A DNA stretch of 64,000 bases from Chrysomallon squamiferum. Its lineage: Eukaryota > Animalia > Mollusca. The stretch is taken from NCBI GenBank assembly GCA_012295275.1, contig CM022679.1:30938001-31002000 (forward strand), written 5' to 3'. A program made the translations under genes and the position numbers. Numbering within the stretch: position 1 is the stretch's first letter; every line of letters begins with the position of its first letter. The notes under the pieces are model-generated. The model was not told where the DNA came from. It saw only the letters and a program-made list of their open reading frames with translations, and ran no database searches. Shown here one piece after another: positions 40,312-63,572 of this stretch.

Positions 40312-41538
40312 TTATTTTTTTTTTTTTTTGTAGGTGTAGATTTTATTTCTAATATAATTTTTTCTATAAATATATATTTGAATGTATGTTTGTTTTTTCA
40401 TTAAATGGGTTGAGTGAAGTTTCTAAATTTCTGTCGTTATATTCTAAAACATAGAAACAAACATGTAACTTTTTAAAAACTTACCTGAACGATTTAATCT
40501 TGTTTACAAAGAGTCAGATTTTGAGCTTGCGTTTGGACACAAAGCTTCATGGTGTAGACTGTATCTTAATCAGTAAAATATGTTTTACCGCGTTAGTGGC
40601 AAATATTTGTCTGGACTGAAGAGATGAGATATTTTCTAACCGGTGATCAGTGAATGGATAAGAGTAGCATGGAGTCTTTGCATTTGTCCCTCTAAAATCT
40701 TTTATAGGAACCCATATGAAAAACTAATAATAATTAATATTGAAATATTTCGAGGTCTTTTGGTTTATTTTACAGATTTGTTAGGGACGTTGTACCTTGA
40801 AGTATCCGTAGGAAAAATAGACGACTCGAAACTGGAAAGCTCAATTCAGACTTTACTTTCCAGTCGCCTTGGTTCGAGCAAAGCGAAATATTTGAATATT
40901 TCACTGTCCATGAAGAAAATGTATGGACAAAATGGGTGAGATAAATGTTTTATATTAAATATTAAATCTATTACATCTGTTGATAATCAGCCGAAGGAAA
41001 GCACGGCACTGTTATACGACTTTCAGCTTTGTGTATACGTGTTGTATGAATTATTTCTATGAACATATCAATCACTTTTAATGTTTTTTTTATGTTAAAT
41101 ATGTAAACCCGGACGTGCTTTACCACACCCCAAATATAATATAATCTTTAATCGATTCTGTTAAATGGTTTCTTACTATGCGTTGAATACCAGATTGTGT
41201 ATTCTAGTTTGAAAACGTTCTCAGGAATATGGATGAAATTATTTTCAAAACCTCTGTAAAATATTACTACAGATAATAGGACAATTATTTGCAGAACAAT
41301 GTTCTTCCAATATTTGTGTAATCTTTGGATATAATTAAATAATATAATTTTGACATTACCCTTAACATCCATTTCAAATTTATTATATATTATTATTAGT
41401 ATTAGTATTAGTGTTAGTATTAGTATTAGAATTATTTTTGCTACTGTTAGTTCTTTTGTTATAACTCATATTGGATGTAAGCCTTAGTGAATTTGTAAAT
41501 GTGATTAAAACATTTAGATTTTTATTATTATTATTATT

Positions 41539-41570
<32 letters not shown>

Positions 41571-43064
41571 GAGCAGAGAACAGGTCACTGAAGTTTCTGT
41601 TAACGTAAGATCGTCCACTAACGTGGTTAACAGTGAACAGGTTGGCAAAGCTTTGAACGAAATCTCGAAATCTGGTGACACGCTGCCTTACAAGATGTAC
41701 CATGGCAATGTCCGAAACAGCCCACCTGAAACAAACACAGTAAGTCACGCATACGTATTTCTTTAACTATTAATCTGTTCTAGCATGCACACATACGCAT
41801 GCCCATAAACATATCTTTTACTAAATTATGTATTATACATAAACTCTTCTAAGCATGTTTTTCTCTGTATTTTCCTATTATGCATAACTACAGTTATGTA
41901 GATTTCTTTTTCAATGTTTTATACTATATATAAACTTGACACTGCATGACTTTTTACATTTTGCATGAACGTATCGCAATATGTTTTTTTGTTTGTATAT
42001 TTTATATTTTACGTTACATAAATATACTTATATATAAAAAAAATTATATTTTATACTATATAAAAACTTGATCTGTTTTAATTTTAAACCCTAAATGTTT
42101 TTTTATATTTTGTATATAAATATTATAATGTTTTTTTTTCAATATTTTACACTATATAAATGTATCTAACTAAATTTTATCTACTTATCTAGACTTTTTT
42201 CTATTTTAGACTGTACACAAATACTGTTATCCAAACATATATTTTTGCTTATTTTAAAACAGACTGAAGTTAAGCAAACTGCTATAATTGCTGGAGTGAG
42301 CTCTGCTTTAGGAGTTCTGTTGATAGTCATCACAATTTACTTTTGTGTCGCAGGTAAGTAAACCTATTGTTCTTTCATTTCACCTGTGTGCAGATAAATA
42401 AAACTGTTGTTACTGGCATGTAATAGTTTGCAAAAATGTCATTGTTTATGATTGGCTAGGTAGATGAGCATATGTTTGTATATGTTTGTATGTAAATAAA
42501 AATACATTTGTATATATGTGTGATTTGTGTGTATTTAATGTTTGCCAAAATGTTCAATATTTATGACTAGGCATGTATGTATGTATGTTCTCTATGTATG
42601 TATGTGTGTGTGTATGTATGTTTGTGTGTGAATATATGGATTTATATTCATGCAAATGCTTATGTATGCATACCTAGTTTAAAATGTGAATTTACGTAGA
42701 TATGTATGTATGAATGGGTGAATGTATGTATGTATCCATACATCAAGTCGGTTTTATCTCTGTATATATCTACATATGAGACCACAAAAGTTGTATGTCT
42801 GTGAATGTGCACAAACGAATGCTTTTTTGTCTGTATGTCTTGTGTTATGCTTTCCATTCAAATGTTAATCAGTTTGTTGACAACTGTCAATTCAGAAATA
42901 TTTTTGTTTTCAGAAAAAGAACACCTCGACGAGATGTTGAGACACAGAACATTATAATAATTGACAAAGAGTCACTCCAAGAACGAAACAAAACTGTCGA
43001 TACATTGGAAAAGACTTTTGAAAATGCGATATACGAAAAATACAGCTTCATAGAACACCAGTAA
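31339..43064 (+). CDS. Delta/Serrate-like (C2/MNNL-DSL-EGF) type I membrane protein, paralog A (long stalk, 41 EGF-like); exons 31339-31395, 31678-31817, 32306-32423, 33038-33189, 33663-33796, 34918-35072, 35547-40172, 40776-40935, 41577-41739, 42263-42353, 42914-43064; two +2 frameshifts as assembled
   Basis: Signal peptide [19 protein letters not shown]. Head [21 protein letters not shown] resembles the Notch-ligand N-terminal C2 domain. DSL pattern [32 protein letters not shown], cbEGF repeats TD(I/V)[26 protein letters not shown]. Lengths of exons 2-6, 8 and 9 are identical to paralog B. Frameshifts at ~39385 and ~42346 (pseudogene or assembly error). Confidence 0.85.
33845..34150 (-). 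mobile_element. Possible tRNA-derived SINE remnant in intron 5 of paralog A
   Basis: Minus strand has a perfect B-box GTTCGAATCC (~34137-34146) and ends in GCACGTTAAA plus a (TTCCAG)n simple-repeat tail near 33845; much of it has no counterpart in the matching paralog B intron. Confidence 0.35.
35619..40072 (+). repeat. Coding tandem array of 39 x 114-bp calcium-binding EGF units
   Basis: 4626-nt exon minus flanks (72+100 nt), one 6-nt NP duplication and one 2-nt insertion leaves 4446 nt = 39 x 114; also counted unit by unit in translation. Confidence 0.95.
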
Positions 43065-43586
43065 TTCAGACTGATTCCATGTGTATATATGTAAAATAAA
43101 TGTTATAATTAAAATTGTAAATTGTGATCATAAAATTAAAAAAATTGTTTATTGAATGTAAATAAAAAAAAAAAAAAAAAATTGACGAATGCGGAGAAAA
43201 TTGTAAACTATGATGATAAAAACTAGTTTTATAATTGTGTGTGCTTCTACTCAAATAGTAAACGACTGGCAAATGAATGTTTATAGAGAATTATAAATCA
43301 GTTTCGTTAGGAAATGTTTATACTCATATTGTAAACAGAGATCAGAAAATCTTTTGTAGAAAATTATTGGTTATCCCGAAATGTAGAATGTAGTCACATA
43401 AATGTATTTTGTAGATGAATGTTAATACCGATAATTAGAAAACTTAATTTCGCAGATAAACGTGTTTCCTTCATCATGTATTTACACACATCTGAAGCGG
43501 ATTAAAGGGGATGCAACTAATCTGCATAATCCTTTTCATAGTTATTTTTAAATGTTTTTAAAGTTTTCTTTATTTTACTGAAAAAT

Positions 43587-43693
<107 letters not shown>

Positions 43694-44852
43694 TTTTAAA
43701 TATGTATCATGGTGTGTATGTGTGTATCTGGAAATATATATATATATATGTATATTTGTCAAAACGTGTATACAAGTAACATGATATTATTTTTTAATTT
43801 TTATTTTCCTGTTCCTCATTCTGATGAATTAGTCGGTTAGTTGACTGTATAGTAATAGTATTTATAACTTTAGATTATACTTTATTCTTTATTCATCAGG
43901 TTTTTCCTCTTTATTCATATTTTTCTTTTTCTTAGAATTATTATTAAGAATAAATGAAAGAACTGAAAATTAATTTATACCCTGGTCTGTTTTATTTGAC
44001 AAACTGTAATATATATTACTGATGTTATTTTTAATATAAAATGAAATTAATACGTCAACATCTAAATGCCAAAAAAAAACAAAAAAAAAACAAAACGGAT
44101 TAATGAAACCGATATTTTTTTTCCTTCTTTCTATCTTTGTTTTCATTTTTTTTTCTTTCCTGTTTATTTTATTACTTATTCTCTGATTTATTTATATTAT
44201 TATGTATTGTCTCCCTTCATGCATCCTTTTTTTTTTTTACAATCACCACCAAAGATATTTCTGATTAATAAAATTCTGATTATTCTGTCATTCCCGGATG
44301 GAAAAAAATCTGGTGGTATAATTTGTGACTGGTTTTCCAAACAGAAGCAGCAATTAAATAATAAAATGTAAAAAAATAAAAAACAAAATAAAAAAAACGA
44401 CCATGCCGAATACCCTGAAAAAACAACAACAAAACTTCAGCAACATAGAGATTTTACTTTATTTAAATTAATAAAATATAACTGTATTAAATTGAAAATG
44501 AAAAAACAAAACAAAACAAAACAACAGCTACAAGACAAAAATGAAAACGGAACTGATTTCGGGATACATTATGACAGTAGGAAGGTATACGACTGAATTT
44601 AAATACGGATACGAAATCTGATGGGTACAACCTGTCCATGCTATAATCTATTGGTCCTGCTGATTCACTTACTTTTTACTTTAGACAATGTTGTCTTCTA
44701 AAATTATTATTATTATTATAAAATTAATTTACGTATAATGAATTTTCAAGACTGCTTTAAAACTTTTAAGATCAATTTTACAGAATAAAGATACGATTAA
44801 TAAAGACATTTTTATTAAACAAAATTCAGAGAAATAAGTGGATTTAAAACAA

Positions 44853-53979
<9,127 letters not shown>

Positions 53980-54120
53980 CTTTTAATCAGTTAGGGTGTA
54001 CTGTAACAACCACTACACAGATTAACATTAATATCACGAGATCATAATTTTATCATCACACAGATAGCTCAGTGAATAAGAGATTAAAGTTTCAAAGGAC
54101 ATTTATCACCTTTTCAACAG

Positions 54121-54161
<41 letters not shown>

Positions 54162-55467
54162 TAACTTATTTAAGAAAGATAATTGGAGAGGCATATCAAA
54201 AAAAAAAAAAAAATGTGTTTGAAATACCAAAATGTTCATACCCTGTTGTATTTATAACATGTATCTATTGTTATTTGGATTTTTATAATAATGATGATGT
54301 CTCGCTATTCTAAGCACAGATGTTTAGCAGTTTCATTATAACTGATATACAAATGACTTTAGTTAAAATTCAAAACAAAAATACGAAATTAATTAAATTT
54401 GATTTATTAAACCATCGGAAATTATCATTAATATTTCTTTCATTTCTGTATCACAAACATTATTCATAATTAAAATCAGTTTAACATGTAACTTTTACAA
54501 TTCATCTTAAGCAATTGAAAAAAAAAAAAAAAAAAAAAATTAAAATAAAAATAAGAATTAAATTAAAAAAAATAAAAAATAAAATAAAATTAAAAAAAAA
54601 AATAAAAATAAAAAAATTCAATAAATAAATAAATAAAATTAAATTAAATTAAAAAATTAAATAAAATTAAAAAATAATAATAAAAATAAAAATATCAATA
54701 AATAAATAAATAAATAAATAATAATAATAAAAGATAATAATAATAATAATAATGATGATGATGATGATGATAATAATAACAATAATAAAAAGAAATAATT
54801 AAAAAGGATTCAAATTCAGTAAACTTCTAATAAACTATTATATTATGATGGACAAAAAGAATGAAGGAAAAAGATTAGATTTCATTATAATATTAAAATA
54901 AATAAATAAATAAAAAATGTAAAGACAAATGAATCAGCTTACCTACAGACTTTAAGTATTTTACAATAATAATATGATGAAACAATGATATGAGGATAGC
55001 GAAAGGCAGAATGCGTGCATACATACGTACATACATACATACATACATATATACTTTATTTTTTAAAGCAAATAAAAATGTGATATTAGAAAAAAAATAT
55101 ACAGAATCATATCTAGTCAAGGTACAAAATACAAAAATAAAAAGTAGTTTTAGCAAGGGAGAGCAATCTAGTTCAATGAGATTGAACTTGGGGAACAAAA
55201 AAAAAAAGCATAATAACATTTCTTACGCATAACTTTATAAAATTAGATGTTGTTCCCGAGAGAGAGAGAGAGAGAGAGAGAAACACCAGAGAAAAAAAAA
55301 AATAATAATAATAAAAAAAATAAAATAAAAAACGACTGAATAGTTCTACATGGGAGCATGTTAAAAAATTACCAAAACTACATCCATAAAATAACTGTTT
55401 GTAATTTTCAATGAACCGGAGATAAGATAATAAAAAAATATATATTATTCACATAATAATATAATAA

Positions 55468-55498
<31 letters not shown>

Positions 55499-55556
55499 AT
55501 TTCGGTTCATTGTTTTTTTTTCCTGATATACGTGTTCATGTATATGCAAAGGGAGA

Positions 55557-58500
55557 TCACTCAGTGTTTGAGATAACTCTGTCTAGAACTGACGTATCTG
55601 AAACGTGGTAAGGAACGGTGACTTTAAGTCTCGAATCTTTTTCCATCGCTCGACGAATTGTCATTTCTGCATTACTGTTTCCTGACCAGCTTCTTCTCGC
55701 GACCTAAAATCATTTTTGGAGTATTTTGATTTTAAGTCTGAATATGAAATTATTAAAACATCACTGAAGTAAACCCATTACGTTCTGTGCATACTTGTTT
55801 TATTTTCTTTCTTTCATACTTTTTTTTGTTTGTTTGTTAAAATGGACAGGTGGTAGTTAATTAAAAAAAAAGGTATATGTGTTTGTATATATGTATGTAT
55901 GTCTGTCTATATGTATAATGTATGTATGTATGAATACATACATATATATATATATTTACTTCTAAATAACTTCTTTTATCTTTGAAGCGTACATTTGATG
56001 ATTTTAACAAATATTCTAAATATATGGTGAACCTTTATATCATATTATTTTAGATACCATCCTTTAAGAATAATAAAATGTTTAACTCATATAGGAAAGC
56101 TAATGTCATACTAAAGACATGGAGATCATGCCGGAACGGGAAATTATACAGTGAAACCGAAAAGACCGAGATAACAACTTACCCCATTATTGACATCCCA
56201 GGACAGCATTCGTTTTGCTTTTTCTTCTGCCTCCTGTAATACCAGATTTACAAAGTTCCATTAGACACGAATTAAAAGGTAAACTGTGAATATATGTAGA
56301 CTGCAGTGTTTAAATAAACGTACTAATCACTTAATAGATAAATACTGATGGAAATATAAACAAATATTGCTATGAGTCAATGAGAAAAAAGTATATATAC
56401 TAGCGAGAAATTTTAAGAGTTTATATAATAACTTACCACTGATCCGTCCAAAACAAGACCAAACCCTCCATTTGTTACTTCACCCCTGAAAAAAAGTAAT
56501 TGCATTTATTTTAATCACTTTTAAATTTTATAAACTGAAAATACGGCGCATTATCATATATTATTGAACGCAAACGTTTATTAACTACATTAGTATTGTG
56601 AACATGTTTGTCGTGTATCTAGATAATCTAAGTGAATTGTAACTCAAAACTGTTTGACTGAAAATGGTACACACCATCTGTTTAGTGGACTGAACAATTT
56701 TACTCACCTTCTACAAAAAATGAACTGAAATGTTATATCTATATCAGTTAAATGAAAATGCTAACATTTTACTTTACTGAACTGAAAATATTACTCCATA
56801 CACAAATTAGTAAACTGAAGCTGTTAATCACCTCTCTGTTAATGAACTACAAACGTGAATCACTTCTGTAAATTCATTAACAAAACAAGTTACTCACCAG
56901 CCAACACCTCCTCCGTTGTGTAAAGCCACCCAGGAGGCTCCTCTGAAACTGTCTCCTATCACGTTCTGAACTGCCATGTCTGTAAATTCACATATTTCTC
57001 TTTTTAAAACATTGCTTAACAATCTTTGTTTAACGATAACGTAAATGTTTTTCGCAAATTTCTGTTTTAACTGTTATTTGATGTGAAAAATAGAATATGT
57101 AACTGAATTTCATTGGAAAAAAAGCATTAAAAAAAAAAAGACTTGCTAAGGACTGTGTTCCTTTAATTCTCAAGTAAATTTTTAAGGATCTCTCCTGAAT
57201 CTCTGTTATGTTTCTCTAAGCTGTATTCCAGTGTTCACGCCTGTTAAGTATCAGTATTAGTTAATGCAGAATCGTGTTTGGTTTGGACGAATTACCTGCA
57301 CAGAATGCAGAGCCGTCGTAGATGTTCGACGTTTCTCGGAAAGGGCTGTCAGTTCCACTCACGTCATGGTGGTCTCGGCTTAATACAACAGGACCCTTTG
57401 ATTTTTTTTATTTGAAAAATAAAAAAAATATTTGAGATTTTTTACATTCTTAACATATTTAACAAACACACACACATATTAATTTCTAAAACGTATTCTA
57501 ATGTGATTTGGTATGATCGAAGTACTAGTGAATAAGATGACAATGACGATGATTACGATGATGATGATGATGATGATGGAATAAGAAGGATTACATATTT
57601 GTTAATGTATTTCACACTGAAGAGTTTTACCTTTATTTTTCCTGCAGCGATGGCTTTATTAAAGGCGACGGCAATGCGACTTCTTCCTTCTTCATTAGAA
57701 TACAAGATTCTAGCCTGGGATCCAACAACCTGAAGAAAACCGAACAGACAGTGTTCATGAGATCATTCTGCAGTTTGAGCTGTGCATTTTATACTGATAT
57801 TACTTTCTCACAAGAGGATTGGATGGTAAAAATAATGCTTTTCCAACATGGGGTGGCAGTAAGTCCTGATCGTTATGGTTTAATGACATAAAAAGCGATG
57901 ACTGAAACGATATCACGAAACAGGTTTCACTTTTTTTTTTTTTTTTTGGGACAAACTTTTTCTGAATATTTTTACCTATAAAGACAGATATTTTATACAC
58001 ACTCACTCAGGCACAGACAGACATACACATACACTTTCACGCAGTTACACAGATACTCACATTCAAATATATAGATACACTTTTATACATAGATACACAC
58101 ATTCTCTCACACATAGTGACACACAAAGATATGGACTCCATCGCTCACACACAGATACGCTGTTTCAAAGAAATACTGAACTTCTCACCAGATTATGACC
58201 AGAAGCGTCACGAATCCACCGAATATTGTCTCTGTATTGTTGTTTTACCAGTTCTGGGGCTGGGAGAAAAAATAATTTTGTTAATCAGTTACATACAGTA
58301 TTTCTTATAATCGTACATTTTACATTGTTCATGTGATAAGTGTTATGATATTACATTCTTCATTATATAATGTTACAGTATTCGTTTGAAAAAATTATTT
58401 AGTTGATAAAATGCTTCACAAATATTATTCATTGGATAAGGTTACACAATACATTTTTTTTAATGGTTTTATTGATTTCATAATGTTACACATTACCTTA

Positions 58501-59100
58501 TTCATTTGATAATATTACACATTATATTACTTGTTTGATAATGAACTACACATACCATTATTTGTTTCATAATGTGCGACTTTTTACACTGTTTTATAAT
58601 GTGCTACCTATTACTGTATTCGTTTTATAATGTGCTACACAATACTTTATTCATTTGATAATGTCCTTCACATTTTATCAGTTGTTTCATAATGTGCTAG
58701 ATATTACGTTAAGCAATCTGCTATATTGAAAGGAGAATCCCCAGTTTAATTTTATACTACTTTCTAGCTCTGGTTTAACCGTGTAGTGTAAATGTTTTCT
58801 GTGTTTTAATGAACTCACCTTCTCTCATTATCTCTTCCATCACATCCCCTGCAATATCATCAGTGACAGCCAGGTCGTCTTTGTCACCTGACGTACAAAC
58901 CCATCTACAAATATATATCTTGTGTGAATCCATTTGAAAATAAAATAGAATGATATTGTTTTGATATGATCATCATCACCATCGTTGTAGTAGTAGTAGT
59001 AATAATAATAATAATAATAATAATATCATTATTGTTGCTTTTATCATCATCCTCATCATCATTTTTATCATTATTATTATTATTATATTTATTTTTTATA

Positions 59101-59143
<43 letters not shown>

Positions 59144-59574
59144 ATTATTACTATATTTATTTTTTATTTTTATATATTATATTTATTTTTTAATTTTATA
59201 CATTTTTTATTTACTTATTATTTACTAACTGACATATCATTATCTTCATCAAACCGATGTTATAATACAAACGATCGTTACTTCACGTGACAAATAATGA
59301 CCATTTACTATATACTATATGTCATAACCTACCTGAACGGTCCGAACCCAAGTGAAAATATGTCGCCCATGATGTCCTGAACGTAAGACGGATAGCGGAA
59401 CTTTGTGCCATGAAGTCCACTCGACTTCCCAACATCAGCCCCTGGAACGTTCATCATTTCAACAGAACATAATTAAATACTGGGATCAAACAGTTGGATT
59501 TTTACTTAAAGAATGGATAAAAAGAGAAATATAAAGGAGAAAAAAAAGTGGAAAGCAAAAGGAAACCCACGAAA

Positions 59575-59633
<59 letters not shown>

Positions 59634-61006
59634 ATATAATAAATAAATACAAATAAATAAATATAATAAATAAAAATAAATAAATAAATACAAATAAATA
59701 AATAAATAAATAAATAAATGTCATTTAAATGTAATAATAATCATAACTTTAAAGATACATTTATGATTATCAGCCCATTCTCATGATACATGAAAATAAG
59801 TGAAAATAACGTTTTAAAAGTACGAAAATGGAATAGAATAGAACAGAAATATTCAGAAAACTCATTTCATTATACCTGCTCTGCTACATTCCAAGAGAAA
59901 AGCGTTTCCATAGTCCCAGAAAAACATACCACTGTCTGCTAACTCGTTTATAGCTTTTATCTGTCTTTGTAAACTGTAAAATACGAATCTTTTTACATAT
60001 AATTTGTGTTTGTAAACTGTAAAATACGAATCTTTTTACATATAATTTGTTTTTGTAAACTGTAAAATACGAATCTTTTTACATATAATCAGTCTTTGTA
60101 AACTGTAAAATACGAATCTTTTTACATGTAATTTGTGTTTGTAAACTGTAAAATACGAATCTTTTTACATGTAATTTGTGTTTATAAACTGTAAAATACG
60201 ATAATTTTACATATAATTTGTCTTAGTAAACTGTAAAACAGAAAATCGAACATCTAACCAGTTTTTGTAAACTGTAAAACAGAAGAATGTTACATAAAAT
60301 GCGACCTTGTTGACTGTAAAATACAGCTGCATTTAATCTGTCGTATTAAACTGAAACATATTACATTTGATTTGCCTTAGTTACCTGTAAAATATTAGAT
60401 TTAATCTGTCTTTGAATGTGAAAAATACCAGAAAATATATATATATATTTTGTTTACCTCTCTGTGAATTGTAAAACATATAACATGTGGTAAACTGTAA
60501 AATACTAGTAAAAATTATATTTAAACTCTCTCTTTAATGTGCAAAATAGAAAACAATAACAAATTTGGTATGTTTTATAAAACTATAGGTCATAGGATAA
60601 GTACTTTAAAGAGCTTTTATTTCACATTCTAAAAAAGTCAATGGTATGTGCTTTCCTGTGTGTGAGAAGGTGCATATTAAAAATATTTTCCTGTTAACAA
60701 GAAGTGTCAACTGTATAAACTTAGCTGTTTTGCTCATTATTACTTATTACAGGTTGTTTTGAAATGAGATAATGTAATAAATTCTGTTAGAATACAAACC
60801 TTTCCTGCACCAGTGTTTTGAACTTGACTGGATTCTCATGCATTAGACGTTTTCCTTCCTCATAACTGACCTAATAAAAAAATTCAAATTTATCACCTTT
60901 TTCAGTATTTACATCTCACTTAGTATACGGCCCGTTCTAGTTTTGAAAACAGTTATTGCCTGTGGTATTTGAAAGTGATAAACTAAAACACAGCAGAGAA
61001 TAAGTG

Positions 61007-61102
<96 letters not shown>

Positions 61103-63519
61103 CGCGAAGACTGGGTTAAACATGCATCGGTGATACAAAATTATATTATGTGTTTGGATTATAATAATGTTTTATTATGGATGTTTTGTTTATTTGTAGA
61201 GCACTGGTTCGTAACTTCTTTTTTTTTTCTCCATAACTGTCATAAATGTTATACTTGTTCTAGGTTTAATTTTATATAGGTCAGAAAATTACTGTGAAAA
61301 TGAATTATGCAGTGCCGTTATAAAACCTACACCGTTAGTGGCCTCCGTTAGTTATTTTCACAGAACTCGAAAGGGTAGTTATCACCCGGGTTGAGAATAA
61401 CTGTCACAGAGTGTTAATGAATTGCAGGTTACTCACCTGTACGGGGTAATATCCACCATGAAAGGGATTGTGACACGAAGTCTGGTCTGATCCCATCTCA
61501 ACAAGTCTTTCTCCTGTCTTCTTGTAATCCTCAACTAGCTTCTCCCTAGAACAGATGATTTGTTTGCTGTTGTAGTTACGTCGCGTGTTTCTGCTTATTT
61601 TAATTGTCTGTTTCTGTCCATTTGTTTTTTTTGCAATTATGTCCTTACGAAAACACGTAACAGTTCAGTGATGCATAACTGATGCTCATTAACACGCACG
61701 CACACACACACGCACACACACACACACAAGGCGTAATTATTAACACTCACCACTGAACTGTATTTTTTTATTTAACTATTATTATTATTATTATTATTAT
61801 CATCATCATCATCATTATTATTATTAATGGCGAAGAGTCAAGTTTTGTCAGTGACCTCTTTCCACTGTGAGATCATTAAAAAATGTTGTTCTTCTGTGCC
61901 ACTGTGTTTCCAGTCTAATCTAATGAGAGGTTCATACAGCAAACAATTATTCGTATTTAAAACATTCTTTCACAACGTTTCTTACCAGAGGTCAACAACA
62001 TTGCCGTGGTACGCCAGACTGAGAGGTGTTTTCTCTTTGCGAAAGTCTCGAATAATGGACAGGCATTCTTCCAAGTCATCAGTGACCTTCATCACCCAGC
62101 CCTGCTTGTGTCTCTTATTTACAGCTTCTAGTGACACCTGTTGAAATTTATTGTATTTTTGTAAGCAGTGTTGTCTTTGATAACATGAAGAAAAAATTCA
62201 TGTTCAAAATATGTTCCAAACTAAACATGTACTGATATGGAAATTTTGCTATACTTCCGAGTTATTGTTATGTTGCTTTTTTTTTCTTTCTTTCTTTCTT
62301 CTGTTTTTGTTAAACTGAATCCAGTTTTTTGATACTAATAAAGTGTAACCGTATTATAATGATGTATTATTTTTCTCTTTTTCATGACTTACGAAATCAA
62401 CCGTTATAAAAGTGATACCCAGAACTAATACTTCTTCAAATATTGTTTTCATAACACCACCGCTGCTGCTGCTACTGCTACTACAACTACATTTACTACT
62501 ACAAATGCTGCAACCAACTTTACAACTACTACTGCTATTTCTACAAAACTACAACTGCTACTGCTGTGGCCTCTGCTGCTACTACTACTATTTCATCTAC
62601 TACGAAAATAAAAGTACATGCAATATTCATGAAGAAGATTTACCTCTGCTACGACTCCAATACAAGCCGCAGATGACAGCGGCTTTAGCCTGTGCTCCAC
62701 TCATCCCTCCTAGCCCTGAAGTTACAAACACCTGAAATATGAAGTTACAAACACCTGAAATATGAAGTTACACACACCTGAAATTTGAAGTTACAAACAC
62801 CTGAAATATAATTTTAGAAACACATGAACTATTAAGTTACAAACACATGAAATATGAAGTTACAAACACCTGAAATGTTAATTTAAAAAGCCCCTGAAAT
62901 ATGAAGTTACAAACACCTGAAAAATGGAAAATATACAAACACCTGAAATGGTAATATACAAACATCTTAAATATGAAGTTACAAACATCTGAAACATTAC
63001 CTTACAAAGTCTGAAGCTATGAACATTTGACATATGAAGTTATAAACATCTGAAATCTGTGATAAACATACGAATTTAGAAAAGTCTAAAATATGAAGTT
63101 ACAAACACATGAAATGGAAACACACACACACACAAAACTTGACGTTACTAACATTTAAAATGTGAAGTCACAAGCATATAAAAGTGGAAGCTATAAACAC
63201 TTAAAATGTGAAATCTAAAATGCATCAAAAGTGAAGTTAAAAACAAGAGAAATCTAGAGTTACAAATATAGCTGTTCAGAAATCATAAACGCAATAAACT
63301 TGAAGTTACAAACATGAAAGAGGAACTGACAAACACATATAAGGAAAAGTTACAAAGAATTGAAATATGAATTTACAAGCTTATATATATATATATATAT
63401 ATATAGATAAATTCGAGTGTTTATTTGAATCATAAATATTTTCTTACCTTCCCGTGAAGATCATCAGTACCAAATTGTTTTCGTGCTGCATTCATGATTG
63501 TCAACTGTAAATACGAAAA

Positions 63520-63572
<53 letters not shown>

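Noticed and set aside
61340-61405. Inverted pair AGTTATTTTCAC / TTGAGAATAACT in a UROC1 intron
   Set aside because: Short, imperfect and AT-rich; cannot be distinguished from chance or a MITE scrap without a search.
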